Virus record (IMG/VR): IMGVR_UViG_3300020049_001894
Length of the DNA stretch: 64,000 nt
From: an uncultured virus (IMG/VR IMGVR_UViG_3300020049_001894)
Lineage: Duplodnaviria > Heunggongvirae > Uroviricota > Caudoviricetes
Reading direction: 5' to 3' (one strand)
This document shows, in pieces, positions 17,936-28,308 of this stretch. Every line of letters starts with the position of its first letter. Within the stretch, counting starts at the first letter, position 1. The notes below the pieces were generated by a model, which saw only the letters and a list, made by a program, of their open reading frames with translations, was not told where the DNA came from and did not search any database. Both the position numbers and the translations under genes were made by a program.

Positions 17936-18942
17936 CGGGTGTACCCGCTGATGTTCGGAGCCAGTCGGATCGGAGAACCATCAGACTCGCCATCTTCGGC
18001 TTGCGCAAGGTGCTCGGCGCTCTTTTGCTCAAGGTAGGCCAATCGCCCGTCTGGTAGTTCGCCTGCTGGTAGCTCTACTGCGCAACGGCAAGCGAGCAGT
18101 AGGATGATTGATTCGAGCCATCGCTGTGGCACGTCCAACGTGTTAGTCAATGCACCAACGTCTTGAATATGGCGCTGTGCCCACACCACAATCTGATCGG
18201 TGTCACCCTGCGAACCGGGCCAAATCCAAAGACGGGGCGCAGTCTGTTTGTCAAACCAGAACTGCAGGCTTTTGGAGCCTGTAGGCACTGTGAATGTCTT
18301 GTTGGGCAGCGCTGCGTAGTCGTCATTAGACAACTTAGACATTGGGATCTCGTACGGCGCATTGCTGAACGTCAGTGAACCGACGGTTGGTAGCGTACCT
18401 GACGTGTCCCGAATGCGCCAATAGCGATATGCTTGCGCGTTGTCAGCGTCCGCACAAATCCATGTGTTTGCAGCAACCGCAACGCCCGATGGGAATGCAG
18501 CCTGTTGCACCCATGTAGCGCCGTCGCTGCTGGCTTCTAGAAGCAGGGTAGGGGTCGTTGCCCCGGTAAAAGTGATTGCGGCGTTATAGACGGCAGTTTC
18601 ATTGCCTGCGCCTAGGTCGAGACCTTGGTACCCCGCGCCGCTGATTGTGTCACCCGTCAGGTCGGTCTTGGTGCGGTAGAGCGTGGTTTTGACGTCTACG
18701 GTGCCGACCTGCAAGGGGTACTGAATTTGATTGGCCTGCATGCCTAGCACTTGCTTTTGCAAGCACCACAGTGATAAGCCGCGATTGGCTAAATCACTTA
18801 GCAGGAAATACAAGTTCTCCCGAGCCGACAACTGCAGCTCGGAAGAAATTGTGGGGGCTAGCTTCCCGCACCGCCGATATGCGTGCTCTATCAGCGTGGT
18901 AACGTTGATGGGGGTAGCCCCAACGGTGCCGGAAGTAGCCAT
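17932..18942 (-). CDS. Head-tail connector / virion structural protein
   Basis: MATSGT start, LANRGLSLW, LWIWP; downstream of capsid genes. Confidence 0.6.
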   Translation of the reverse strand: MATSGTVGATPINVTTLIEHAYRRCGKLAPTISSELQLSARENLYFLLSDLANRGLSLWCLQKQVLGMQANQIQYPLQVGTVDVKTTLYRTKTDLTGDTISGAGYQGLDLGAGNETAVYNAAITFTGATTPTLLLEASSDGATWVQQAAFPSGVAVAANTWICADADNAQAYRYWRIRDTSGTLPTVGSLTFSNAPYEIPMSKLSNDDYAALPNKTFTVPTGSKSLQFWFDKQTAPRLWIWPGSQGDTDQIVVWAQRHIQDVGALTNTLDVPQRWLESIILLLACRCAVELPAGELPDGRLAYLEQKSAEHLAQAEDGESDGSPIRLAPNISGYTR

Positions 18943-18964
18943 TTGCTAAGCCCTCGGTGCGGGG

Positions 18965-19702
18965 TTAGACTTGCGTAACGCCAACTGCACCCACGCGGGT
19001 CGCATCAGGACCCACAGCCAGCGCAGGCAGGGCGATAGTCATAACCAACCGGCGCGTACCGTTGGCAGCGCTGGAAGGCGTGTAGCAGCCGCGCACGTCG
19101 GTTGTGCTGGTTGTTGCGGGGCTGGTGGTGTCAGCTGCCACGAACGTACCTGCATCAGCGGCCAGCGTTGCAGCCCACTTAACCGACGTGACGTAGCCGA
19201 CGTCTGTTACGCGCAGGGGCAGACCCAACTTGTCGTTGAAGCCAACGGTCAAGTTGTTGGTGCCAGCGGTCGCATTGGCGTTGGTCACGCTTGTGACGGT
19301 CTTGAAGGCTTTGGTCGTGGCGACGGTGCTGGTGGACGGGGCCGCGAGCAATGCGCTCATGTGCTGACCGTACACGTCGTAGCCGCTCACCAAGTACGTT
19401 GCTGTGTTGGCACCAGTGGCCGTGATGGTCACGCAACGGGGCGTATCCAGCACGATTTCGTTTGTACCGTCGGGGCGCACGCGCAGTGTGGTGCCTGTGC
19501 CAGCGGTCAGCGTGAACGACGCGCCGGAGGTCGGATTCTGCGAAGTTGCCAGACCGGCAGTTTGCAGCGTGACGGGCACCACGTCGAAGACGTAAACGCG
19601 ACCCAGCGGGCCCACGCCTTGCGTCATGGGGGCAGGGTTGCCACTAGACGTTGAAGGGATTTGGGCTGTGCCCAGATAGAGATCATCACCAAAAGCTGGC
19701 AT
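18965..19702 (-). CDS. Thr-rich virion structural (decoration-like) protein
   Basis: Immediately after the MCP; beta-rich. Confidence 0.55.
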   Translation of the reverse strand: MPAFGDDLYLGTAQIPSTSSGNPAPMTQGVGPLGRVYVFDVVPVTLQTAGLATSQNPTSGASFTLTAGTGTTLRVRPDGTNEIVLDTPRCVTITATGANTATYLVSGYDVYGQHMSALLAAPSTSTVATTKAFKTVTSVTNANATAGTNNLTVGFNDKLGLPLRVTDVGYVTSVKWAATLAADAGTFVAADTTSPATTSTTDVRGCYTPSSAANGTRRLVMTIALPALAVGPDATRVGAVGVTQV

Positions 19703-19737
19703 TTAAATACTCCTTACGGCTTGAACCGAATTGGATT

Positions 19738-19761
19738 AAAAAGAACCCCGCCGAAGCGGGG
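19738..19761 (-). terminator. Rho-independent terminator after the major capsid gene
   Basis: CCCCGC-TTCG-GCGGGG-TTCTTTTT on the minus strand. Confidence 0.85.
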
Positions 19762-19769
19762 CGATTTGC

Positions 19770-20690
19770 TTAGGCGCCAGCGGTGCCGAACACAGCGCGA
19801 GGGTCAGTCCAACCCTCAATGTAACGCTCGGTCGCTTTGTAGCGCACGCTGTCAGTCTCGAAGTCGCCTTCCATAGACTTGCTCAGCTTGCGACGCACAA
19901 TCAACTTCAGGCCTTCAGGGGCGTCAGTCGACACCCACCAGGCGGTGGAGGAGGTCAAGCGGGACAGCACTGCGGGATCAGAATCCACTGTGTTAGTCAT
20001 AGACTTGATCGGGTTGATGTCGTTGTTGCTGGTACCTGCGCGCAGGACCGACTTCAACAGCACTTCTGCCTGGAACGTGTTGTCAGGGGACACAATCAAC
20101 TTCTGACCCTGTAGGCGAATCTTCTTGCCGTTGTTGTCCACTGCCTTGCGGACTTGGATCAACATCTGCTCGAGAGACGTCTGTGACAGTGCCGCAGGGG
20201 TCGCCAGAACGTTGCTGAACGTACCGCCCACGATTGGGTGCGATGCATTCGACAAGCTCACACCGTCGCCGCCCAGATAGGACGCATTGAAGGCCCGGTT
20301 CAACACGTTAGCGCAACGCGTCTCCTTGGTCTCGATCAGGGACTGAGCGAGATGCTTGGAGAATGTAGCGCCGATGTTGATGTGGTCACCGTCTTCAACC
20401 AGCACCTTGGTCAAGGCAAAAGCCAGACCGAACACCTTGTAGGTGTAGCGCTTGTTGAAGAGTACCCCGCCTTGCTGGTAGGTGACAGGCATGCCGTCGG
20501 GCAGCTCAGGCGCGGCACCAAAGCCGTAGCCCACGGGCTCCTCGAAATAGGCACGCTCGATGGTCGCAGCGACTTCACGGAAGACTTGCTTCCACTCGTC
20601 CTTGCGTTGGCTATAAACGCCGTCAAAGTACTGATTGAGAATCGGCTCGACGATGGGCCGAAAGTCCGTACTGCGCATTGGGGTTGCCAT
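19770..20690 (-). CDS. Major capsid protein
   Basis: 306 aa; DGVSL...HP, DFETDSVRYKATERY..GWTDPR motifs; followed by a terminator. Confidence 0.85.
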   Translation of the reverse strand: MATPMRSTDFRPIVEPILNQYFDGVYSQRKDEWKQVFREVAATIERAYFEEPVGYGFGAAPELPDGMPVTYQQGGVLFNKRYTYKVFGLAFALTKVLVEDGDHINIGATFSKHLAQSLIETKETRCANVLNRAFNASYLGGDGVSLSNASHPIVGGTFSNVLATPAALSQTSLEQMLIQVRKAVDNNGKKIRLQGQKLIVSPDNTFQAEVLLKSVLRAGTSNNDINPIKSMTNTVDSDPAVLSRLTSSTAWWVSTDAPEGLKLIVRRKLSKSMEGDFETDSVRYKATERYIEGWTDPRAVFGTAGA

Positions 20691-20703
20691 GATTAATTAC
20701 TCC

Positions 20704-21288
20704 TTAGACTGCTGTTGTGGGCGCACGGAACTGGGTGTTAGCCAGGGTGACGCGGACGGTTGGGTACAGGTCGGTGGGAGCGTTGTCCGGGGCCAAACCA
20801 AAACCAATGATACGGAACTGTTTCTGCGCGCCAGCACCTGCCAGCGTTGTGTTCAGTGCGCATCCAGAAATACCGGTGGACGTAGAGCCCGCTGTGTACA
20901 CAATGTCGGCCTCGTCACCAATTGCAGCCATCGCGGTTGCAAGTGTGGCGGACAGCTGGCCGGTCATTTGCACTTCAAACACTGTTTCCAGATCAGTAAT
21001 GACCCAGGCGGTAATGACCGATCCTGATTGAACCGATACAGACGCGGGATAGTAGTTGCTGTACGTGGGCTTGCCTGTGCTGTCCACATACTCGCAACCA
21101 ACAAACACGCCCAGCAGTGTGGCTGCTGGGGTGCCGACTGTTACGGTGCCGTTGGCGTTCAAGATTACGGGGTCGCCCTTGAAGATGGACGTGCCGTAGG
21201 TGGGATTGATTGTGTAGGCCGACGCACGGTCGAGGCCAGAAGGGTGGTACGAAGGTACCAAGCCCATTGGGGCTGCTGTTGCACTCAT
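20704..21288 (-). CDS. Capsid-associated / cement protein
   Basis: Directly upstream of the MCP; IFKGDPV, LGVFVGCEY. Confidence 0.6.
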   Translation of the reverse strand: MSATAAPMGLVPSYHPSGLDRASAYTINPTYGTSIFKGDPVILNANGTVTVGTPAATLLGVFVGCEYVDSTGKPTYSNYYPASVSVQSGSVITAWVITDLETVFEVQMTGQLSATLATAMAAIGDEADIVYTAGSTSTGISGCALNTTLAGAGAQKQFRIIGFGLAPDNAPTDLYPTVRVTLANTQFRAPTTAV

Positions 21289-21477
21289 GTTGAGCACTCC
21301 TTGTTAAAAATGAAGAAACGACAATGACCTTTCGGTCTGTGGCGGGTCAACAAATCAACTGTGGGAGGCCTGAGCGCTCAACCTGTGTGATTTTCAGACT
21401 CGGGAGGCATCCAATGGCAAATTACTGTTGCAGCAATTCGGCATTAAATGCCACCTGAGGCAAATTATAAGCGTGAA

Positions 21478-22035
21478 TTATGAGAACGAGGGCATCTTGC
21501 GACGCTGCAATGCCATTTCTTTTTCCATTGCGTCGATTCCGTCGTCGCGGTCGTTCAAGCGCTCGCCTTGGTCGTTGAACTTGCCGACAATGCCTTCTTC
21601 CTCTTCCAAAGGCTTTTTGTGGTGGTAGAAGCCCATGATCTTTTGGTAACGATCTTGCGCAATCTTGAACAGCACCATTTCATTGCAAGTCACAAACCCG
21701 TCATATCCTGCGAGTGATTGGCCGTTAGACGCATCAAACCCAGGCATCTCAGACTGGCGAACCGCTGTGTAGCCTAGGCGCTGGCGCTTTTGGATGCTGT
21801 CGTACTGACTGGAGGTTGTGAGCCACACCAGGTGGTAGCCCTGTAGTGCGGGCGGGTTGGGGAGCGCGGTCTGTGTGAATTCAGCTTCCATGAACTTTTC
21901 GAAGTCATCATCGGAAGTCAGGCCTGAGGTTCCGCGCTCGTCATCTTCTGCACCTCGGTCGCCGCGAATGTCCAATGCTCCGCCGATTTTGGTGCGGTCG
22001 TCTTCTGAAGCTGCGGGTTTAGTGGTAGTTGCCAT
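21478..22035 (-). CDS. Head-region phage protein
   Basis: GYHLVWL...RLGY...EMVLFKI. Confidence 0.6.
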   Translation of the reverse strand: MATTTKPAASEDDRTKIGGALDIRGDRGAEDDERGTSGLTSDDDFEKFMEAEFTQTALPNPPALQGYHLVWLTTSSQYDSIQKRQRLGYTAVRQSEMPGFDASNGQSLAGYDGFVTCNEMVLFKIAQDRYQKIMGFYHHKKPLEEEEGIVGKFNDQGERLNDRDDGIDAMEKEMALQRRKMPSFS

Positions 22036-22037
22036 GA

Positions 22038-22952
22038 TTAGTTCCGTCCATTCTGTTTGTCATAGTCACGATAGCTTTTAATCATCTTTGCCCGAGCTGC
22101 GGTGTCATCCCACATGCCTGCGGACTTGATAGCCTGCACTCTGTCGGGGGAGAGCTTAAAAGTCTCCCCACCGCTGGCCGACGGCGTACTGCCACCGGCC
22201 ACAGGGCTACGGGTGCGGCCAGCCGGGGCTTGCTTCGCTGCGCGATGTGGTAGGTAACGGGCAGCGCGGGATTCCAGTTCATTCCAGTACGCATCCGTCG
22301 TCGGGTCCCAGCCCTCAGCGGTCAGGCTGTTGTCAAGGGCTGTGAGCACCTTGCTGTCCGGGTCCGCGCTGGTTGGACCACCATACCATTGGTTTTTGCC
22401 CAGGAACTGCTGGCTCTTGCTGACAAGCCGAGTATCCAGGGGTTTTGGCGCATTCAGGTTACGGACTGCTGTGTTTTTGAACTCGGACAGCTGCTGTGCG
22501 CGAGTGCGGGCAGCAATCATGTACTCGGTCGCCTCAGCCAGTGTGCGGCCATCGTTCTTGCTAGCTGCGTTGGCAATAATGCCTTTGAAGTGCTCAGCCG
22601 CCTGATTGGCCTGCGCAATGGCTTGGTCAACCTGGGCTAACTGGCTGCCTGCGTTAACGTCCTGAATGGAACTGACTTGCTGGTGTAGCGCGCGGTTTTG
22701 TTCTGTGAGCGCTTGCAAGTTGCGCTCAAGGGCCTCCACGCGTTCGCGGTTACGTTGACCACGCGACTTGCGTTCAGCACGACGTCGCGCGCGGATCTCT
22801 TCTCTGGCTTCATCGGTTTCTGCATCTTCTAGTTCTGTGTCGACCTTGGCGGTCTTTTCGTCTTCACTGTCGTCAGTCTCAATCGGGTCGTGCTCATCGG
22901 CTTCTGCGGACTGCTTCAGGTCTTCGTCAACGGGTTCGTTTTCGGTGGTCAT
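22038..22952 (-). CDS. Putative capsid scaffolding protein
   Basis: Acidic N-terminus, long coiled coil, upstream of capsid genes. Confidence 0.6.
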   Translation of the reverse strand: MTTENEPVDEDLKQSAEADEHDPIETDDSEDEKTAKVDTELEDAETDEAREEIRARRRAERKSRGQRNRERVEALERNLQALTEQNRALHQQVSSIQDVNAGSQLAQVDQAIAQANQAAEHFKGIIANAASKNDGRTLAEATEYMIAARTRAQQLSEFKNTAVRNLNAPKPLDTRLVSKSQQFLGKNQWYGGPTSADPDSKVLTALDNSLTAEGWDPTTDAYWNELESRAARYLPHRAAKQAPAGRTRSPVAGGSTPSASGGETFKLSPDRVQAIKSAGMWDDTAARAKMIKSYRDYDKQNGRN

Positions 22953-23401
22953 ACTAGGTGGCTCCTTACTTTGGTGACGTCGCCCGTGTAGGCTCCGAGC
23001 AAATCGGAGTCAGCGAACAGGACGAGGTGAACAGGCTCCAGGCCGTCATCAAGCGAGACGCTCCAGCGGTCGCCGCCATAGCGCGGGATGCGCACGTACT
23101 CACCAACAGCGGTCCAAGTTCCTTCTGGCCATTCCTCGCCCGTGGTTCGCTTTTTGAACGCCAACGGACCAACCGCCAGGACCTTACCGACCGTGTTGTT
23201 ATACGCCTCGGTCTCCTTGGCTTCTTTGGGTAAATAGATGCCGCTCTTTGTTTTTGCAACAACGCGACGGACTTGCACAATCACTCTGTGTCCAAACGGG
23301 CGAAATTCCGGATCTATTTCCGGGAACATTTCTTTAAGTGGAACGTGTGATGTGTCGAGCCCCATTCCAAAAGGCGCGATCACACTGCCTGCTTCTGACA
23401 T
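22949..23401 (-). CDS. GroES/Cpn10-like co-chaperonin
   Basis: RPFGHRVIV, KTKSGIYLP, GKVLAVGP, RYGG motifs. Confidence 0.8.
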   Translation of the reverse strand: MSEAGSVIAPFGMGLDTSHVPLKEMFPEIDPEFRPFGHRVIVQVRRVVAKTKSGIYLPKEAKETEAYNNTVGKVLAVGPLAFKKRTTGEEWPEGTWTAVGEYVRIPRYGGDRWSVSLDDGLEPVHLVLFADSDLLGAYTGDVTKVRSHLV

Positions 23402-23458
23402 CTAATTCTCCTTACAGAACCACACTGATATGGCCGCAGTGCGCTCGGCATTGGACGA

Positions 23459-23638
23459 CTATTCGTCCCGTTCTTCCCCAGACATTGCCGTTTTCACAAT
23501 GTCTATCAACTCCGCGAGCTCCTGATATTGCCCCAATCGGCGTTGAAATGCGGGCCAGTCTTGCGGGGGTGAATCAAACACCTCCAAGGCCATAGCGGCC
23601 CTGCGCTCAATCAGCTCACGGTAAATCTTCTCTAACAC
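23459..23638 (-). CDS. Small hypothetical protein (59 aa)
   Basis: Own translation from GTG: MLEKIYRELIERR...DWPAFQRRLGQYQEL. Confidence 0.6.
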   Translation of the reverse strand: MLEKIYRELIERRAAMALEVFDSPPQDWPAFQRRLGQYQELAELIDIVKTAMSGEERDE

Positions 23639-23808
23639 TTTTTGACTTTGCCGCCGTCTTTGTAGCCAGGTATGCCGTTGTTGCGCTTGGCCTTCTCTAA
23701 CGGATTCAGCTTCTGGCCCTTGATGGTGGGCATGACGCCACCGGGCACGCGAGGCAGCTTAACGATACCCCCTTTGGCGTAGCAGGCTTGTTTGGACTGG
23801 CTACCCAT
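23632..23808 (-). CDS. Small basic protein (58 aa) with two (F/Y)xxGGxV motifs
   Basis: Own translation: MGSQSKQACYAKGGIV...GYKDGGKVKKC. Confidence 0.6.
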   Translation of the reverse strand: MGSQSKQACYAKGGIVKLPRVPGGVMPTIKGQKLNPLEKAKRNNGIPGYKDGGKVKKC

Positions 23809-23813
23809 GACTA

Positions 23814-24059
23814 CTATCGACGGGCTTTGGTTTTCACTGCTGGGCGCTTTGCGGGGGCTTTCTTAGCCACCGCACCGCCGCGTTTGAAGGTGATCTCGCT
23901 CACCTTCTTACGCGCAGCTTCTGCCTCTGCACGGGCTTTTGCTTCAGCTTCCGCTTTGGCCCGTTCGGCTGCCAACCGGGCTTCTTCTCGCTTCATTTGT
24001 TCAGATGAAGCGTTTTTGCGGGAATTGCCCGTGACTACGTCCCAAAGTGATGTTGCCAT
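23814..24059 (-). CDS. Small basic Ala/Lys-rich protein
   Basis: GGAGG RBS; FKRGGAV motif. Confidence 0.65.
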   Translation of the reverse strand: MATSLWDVVTGNSRKNASSEQMKREEARLAAERAKAEAEAKARAEAEAARKKVSEITFKRGGAVAKKAPAKRPAVKTKARR

Positions 24060-24236
24060 TTAGGCCTCCGAGTTAACAACCATGCGGTAAGCAGACCGGC
24101 TGGAATCACCACGCTCATGTTGACAAAGCACATGTAGTCGTACCCTAGCAGGGTGAACCACGCAAACACAGTAGAGAATCGCAACATGATAGGGCTCCAG
24201 CAAAGCAATTGCAGCTTTATGCCTGAATTATAGGCG

Positions 24237-24704
24237 TTAAATTGCAAAAGCCAAAAGCAATAAATCCTCGTCCTCGCGACGCAGCTTGTTGCGGTACCGC
24301 TCTGCTGCGCTCATAAAGTCTATCAACTCAGGCGCGGGGTAATCCAAGGCAAAATTTAGTAGGTTGAATATGAACTGCTGAGAGGCTGACACATCGGTAG
24401 CCTCTTGCGCGAGTCTATCAAGGTCAGCTTCGGCCTTGTCAACAAGTGCCTGAACTTCTTTCGGCACGGCTTTGCGTTTTTTGCGCTTCGGAGGGGCTTT
24501 TGCCTCGATTGTTTCAAGTTGCTCAACAATCGCAGGTTGCAACTCAGCCTCGCGCTCTGCTTTGTTCTTGGCCCATTCCTGGGTGTAATACTCAATCAGC
24601 CACAACCGGGACACGCCTGAGCGTTTGGTAGGTTCAGGCTCGCCGTCCATCTTCCACGAGTACGTGGAAAACGAACGCGGGTCAAACGACTCAACCTGGA
24701 ACAC
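24237..24704 (-). CDS. Hypothetical protein
   Basis: ORF ending EDEDLLLL, co-oriented with the operon. Confidence 0.6.
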   Translation of the reverse strand: MFQVESFDPRSFSTYSWKMDGEPEPTKRSGVSRLWLIEYYTQEWAKNKAEREAELQPAIVEQLETIEAKAPPKRKKRKAVPKEVQALVDKAEADLDRLAQEATDVSASQQFIFNLLNFALDYPAPELIDFMSAAERYRNKLRREDEDLLLLAFAI

Positions 24705-25596
24705 CTACGCCTCGCCAGGTGTCACCAATCTCACCGGTGCCAATCACGTCTGAGCCGTTCATTTTGCGGGTGTCAGCGTAAATTGGAGCGAGCTGGGCGG
24801 CAGCTAGCACAGCGGCAGCCACATCACCCGGTGTAGCATTCTGGAGCAGTGCCCCCATTGAACCGGGCACGTTGGCGTCCGCGAGCAAGATTGCCCAAAC
24901 GGCCTCGCCGAGTGCTTGATAATCTACGCCCCCAGAGCCTGCGAGCTCGAGTGTCTTACCAGCACTGCCAGCAATCTGGTAATTAGATAGTGCAGCGTCC
25001 CATACCGCATCTCGCAGCCCCTCGGGCGTTAGATCGCCGTAACCTCGGATGGTTGCAACAATATCCATGAGCGCGGTATTGTTTGCGGATACAGCCCCAG
25101 AGCCAGTCAATGCAGCGCCCAAATCAGCAAGCCCCGCAGCGGTAGCCGTCACGCTGCCTGAGCCGGTGATGGTTGCCACCATTGAAGCAAGGGCGTCCAC
25201 CTGTGCGCTGCTGATACCACCAGATGCAACCAATGTTGCGGCAATGGACACAATCAGCCCAACGCTACCTGTGATTCCACCCGTTCCCGTGAGATCGGCT
25301 TCAATGTTGTAGCCCGATTGCGCTGTTCCTGAGATTGATCCGCTACCGGTGATGGTGTTGCGTGCAGATATTGCCCCGGCTTTTTGCGGCATCATCCAAG
25401 CGGCCGGGTGACGGTAGCCCGAAGGCAGTCCAACCAACTCGCTTGTGATGCCCTGGCCTGCGGTCAGGTTACGTTGGCGGTTGGTCTGCCTGAAGTTCTG
25501 TTGAAGCTGCGATGGGATTGCGCTCAGGTACGCAGTCACCCCAAAGTGCTGCACGCCTCGGCTGAAGTTTTGCGCCCCATTACAAGCGATTGCCAT
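24691..25596 (-). CDS. Gly/Ala/Thr-rich virion appendage protein
   Basis: Repeated A.LTG.G.(I/V) units; AVW motifs. Confidence 0.55.
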   Translation of the reverse strand: MAIACNGAQNFSRGVQHFGVTAYLSAIPSQLQQNFRQTNRQRNLTAGQGITSELVGLPSGYRHPAAWMMPQKAGAISARNTITGSGSISGTAQSGYNIEADLTGTGGITGSVGLIVSIAATLVASGGISSAQVDALASMVATITGSGSVTATAAGLADLGAALTGSGAVSANNTALMDIVATIRGYGDLTPEGLRDAVWDAALSNYQIAGSAGKTLELAGSGGVDYQALGEAVWAILLADANVPGSMGALLQNATPGDVAAAVLAAAQLAPIYADTRKMNGSDVIGTGEIGDTWRGVGVPG

Positions 25597-25748
25597 CAAA
25601 GCACCTCAGCGGCATCCGTGAACCCAGCAGCGATAAGAGCTAATCGGTCTGCTTCTTTCTGAGCTTCGACAATCAGCATAGCCAATCGGTAGGTATCGCC
25701 CTTCCACAAGTGGAAATCAGCAATCATGGCAAGAATGCGGGGGTCCAC
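25596..25748 (-). CDS. Small hypothetical protein (50 aa)
   Basis: Own translation from GTG: MDPRILAMIADFHLWKGDTY...; fills the gap exactly. Confidence 0.5.
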   Translation of the reverse strand: MDPRILAMIADFHLWKGDTYRLAMLIVEAQKEADRLALIAAGFTDAAEVL

Positions 25749-25749
25749 A

Positions 25750-26649
25750 TCAACCTCCGTATCCGTAGTCAAAATCTACATTGATCGTGCCAGCCGATGT
25801 TGTCGCGCCGGTTTGGAACAGTAAGAATTGAATGTTCGCCCCGTCCTTGATTTGCCGCATTGATGGGAAGCTGTTGACCAAATCCATCTTGGAATACAGG
25901 CCAGTCGCCGGTAGCGGAATGCACCACAGTGGTTTACACAAACCAATGATGACCGAGCCGGATGCATGAGCAGTTCCCGCCCACACCAGCGAGACAATAT
26001 CGCTCACACCAGTGTCACCCGCAGCTAACGGTAGGAACGGGTTGTATTTGTTAGCCGCTGCTCCGGTGTTCAGAATCTGCCCAACACCCATAGATGCGGT
26101 GGATGTGAACGTGGTCGTAGCGCCAGCGCCGCCACCAGTGTCAAGGTAGTTGACGATGCAAGTCGGAGCGTTTGCACCCATCGCAGTTGTCGAGCAACCC
26201 ACGAACATCCTCAAGCCCACGCCGTTAGCGTAGCGGTCACCCTTGGATGCCGTTGCGCCAATGGCGGTCATGGTCACGGTCTTGGTGCCTGTTGTGCTGA
26301 CATTGGTGGTAGTCAGTGGTACGTAGCCAACCAAGTCGATTGCCATGATGTACCAGGGCGCACCCGCAGCAGCTACAGCGCAAGCGCCAGCGGTCAGGAA
26401 GTGCTTGGTTGCAGGTGATACATCGCCGCCTGTGTAAATCGTGCCTGCGGCCCATGTGTCATCCGTTGGGACATAGGTTAAATCCGTGCCGCCAAAGGTT
26501 GATGCAATCGGCCATCCATTATGCGGAGCAAGCAGTGTCCACGCGCCAGCAGTGCCAGCGGAGTTAAGCGTCTTGGTCATAGTGACCACATCGCCCTTGC
26601 CGTTGGTGGTCAACTGCGTTATCAGGTCGTCTTGCGAAGTCCAGCCCAT
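25750..26649 (-). CDS. Beta-rich virion protein; paralog of 26660..27562
   Basis: Shared YNP(F/Y)LPLA.GDTGV and IKDGA motifs. Confidence 0.6.
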   Translation of the reverse strand: MGWTSQDDLITQLTTNGKGDVVTMTKTLNSAGTAGAWTLLAPHNGWPIASTFGGTDLTYVPTDDTWAAGTIYTGGDVSPATKHFLTAGACAVAAAGAPWYIMAIDLVGYVPLTTTNVSTTGTKTVTMTAIGATASKGDRYANGVGLRMFVGCSTTAMGANAPTCIVNYLDTGGGAGATTTFTSTASMGVGQILNTGAAANKYNPFLPLAAGDTGVSDIVSLVWAGTAHASGSVIIGLCKPLWCIPLPATGLYSKMDLVNSFPSMRQIKDGANIQFLLFQTGATTSAGTINVDFDYGYGG

Positions 26650-26659
26650 GATCGGCTCC

Positions 26660-27562
26660 TTAGTTCCAAAGTGTTTCAATAACGCCGACAAGCTGCGACG
26701 AAGCCAGAGAGCCTTGCGTACCCTCTGCAAAAATATTTAGCACTGCACCATCCTTGATTCGCGGTGCGCCTGCGCTGTGAATGATTGACAAGAATTCGTC
26801 AGCAGCCCCATAGGCGACGCCTGTAGTGGTGCGGCACTCCTGCGTGACGTAACCATTGAACAATGGCTTGACAATTACCAGAGCCATCAGCCCACCACCT
26901 GCACCTGTGAAGGTCACGGACTGAATGGACTGCACGCCTGTATCACCCAACGCCAAAGGAAGGTACGGGTTGTAACTAGCACCCGATCCGTTGGCTGAAA
27001 CAACTTGCCCACCACCGGCCACAATGAACGTGCTAGATGCTTGGCTAATCTTCCCGGCCACGCCGTTTTGATTGGTGTAGTTAAAGGTGAATGTGCCAAT
27101 CGCTGATGCAGCAGACTGCGCAACAGCAATCACGCGGCCGCTGGTGTACCTTGGCAGACTTGGGACCAGCGGGTCGTCTGCCGTGTTTGTCATTAGCTGC
27201 TCTTCGCCAATCGCGTCCGTGTCGATAAACGGGTAGTACAGCAAGTAATCGCACAGAACCAATCGTTGCCTAGCGTTCACCGCTGTGGCGGTGTTGGCAG
27301 TCATCACATTCAGACTCTTGAGATGTTGCGTTGCTGGCGAAACACTAGGCACTTTGAAGCCCTTGTCAGGCTCAATCACTGCGGCAACGCTAGGGGCGCT
27401 TGCGTAGAAGTTTGCTGGCGGGCTTCCTGCAAAGTACGAGTAGTCAATCCATGCGTTTGTCGTAGTCGCAGCAGACGCAACTGTCTTTCTGAATGAGGTC
27501 AACCAGCACTGGCCGATAAGGTCAGCATTGGCGTACTCTCCGACATTAGCGAAACCGCTCAT
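26660..27562 (-). CDS. Beta-rich virion protein; paralog of 25750..26649
   Basis: Shared YNP(F/Y)LPLA.GDTGV and IKDGA motifs. Confidence 0.6.
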   Translation of the reverse strand: MSGFANVGEYANADLIGQCWLTSFRKTVASAATTTNAWIDYSYFAGSPPANFYASAPSVAAVIEPDKGFKVPSVSPATQHLKSLNVMTANTATAVNARQRLVLCDYLLYYPFIDTDAIGEEQLMTNTADDPLVPSLPRYTSGRVIAVAQSAASAIGTFTFNYTNQNGVAGKISQASSTFIVAGGGQVVSANGSGASYNPYLPLALGDTGVQSIQSVTFTGAGGGLMALVIVKPLFNGYVTQECRTTTGVAYGAADEFLSIIHSAGAPRIKDGAVLNIFAEGTQGSLASSQLVGVIETLWN

Positions 27563-27623
27563 GCAGCCATCCCGCCTTTGCCAAAGAGCCGTGCAGACAT
27601 GTTTACAGGTTTCCCCGGCTCTG

Positions 27624-27857
27624 CTAGATGCACCGGCCTGTTAAGGCTGTCAGCAGCTTTCTGAAATGCCACCCAAACCTCACCGAGCGGGGTAGCCCGT
27701 TCATGGTCCCATCGCCGGTCAATATCACCTTCCGGGGTGCGTTGATGTTCGCTTGGTTGTGATTGCATGATCGTGTTACCTCGCCTTGTTTATTGACCTT
27801 GGCCTTTGCCCCACACTGAGAGCAGCTATAGAGATACGGGTATTTAGCGAACAGCAT
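27624..27857 (-). CDS. Small Cys/His protein
   Basis: CSQC...CNH. Confidence 0.5.
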   Translation of the reverse strand: MLFAKYPYLYSCSQCGAKAKVNKQGEVTRSCNHNQANINAPRKVILTGDGTMNGLPRSVRFGWHFRKLLTALTGRCI

Positions 27858-28298
27858 TTACGTCTCTGTGATCGTCAACGCCGCCGCGAGGAATTGCGGG
27901 GTAATCGAAGCAGCCGCCCCAATGGTGATCGGGCTGTTGAGAGCGCCGTAATGCCAAACAGGGGTAGCACCAGACACGGTTGTCCCGGTAGATACAGCAA
28001 ACAGCGTTGCGCCTGTAGCGCCAGACTGTGGGAATTGCAGCAGAGCGACGTTATTTGTCGAGCCGCCAGACCCCGCAGCCCAGCCGGTAGAGCGTGCAAC
28101 TGCTTGCCGTGCATAGTTTGTATAGGCAACTTCGCTCTCGGCCTGCGAGTTCGTCGCAGCAGTCAGAAGCGCGGTGTGCAACCCAACATATACATTGGTC
28201 AATGGGGTTGAAGCAGCGTTGTCTGCCACCGTGGCCCACGCTGTTGCGCTATACATTAGGTTGAGAACTCGGTTGCAAGCGTCGGTTGATTTAGGCAT
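27858..28298 (-). CDS. Virion/tail-fibre-like structural protein
   Basis: VYVGLHTA..E..YTNYARQAV..FPQ motif. Confidence 0.6.
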   Translation of the reverse strand: MPKSTDACNRVLNLMYSATAWATVADNAASTPLTNVYVGLHTALLTAATNSQAESEVAYTNYARQAVARSTGWAAGSGGSTNNVALLQFPQSGATGATLFAVSTGTTVSGATPVWHYGALNSPITIGAAASITPQFLAAALTITET

Positions 28299-28308
28299 GT
28301 CATTCTCC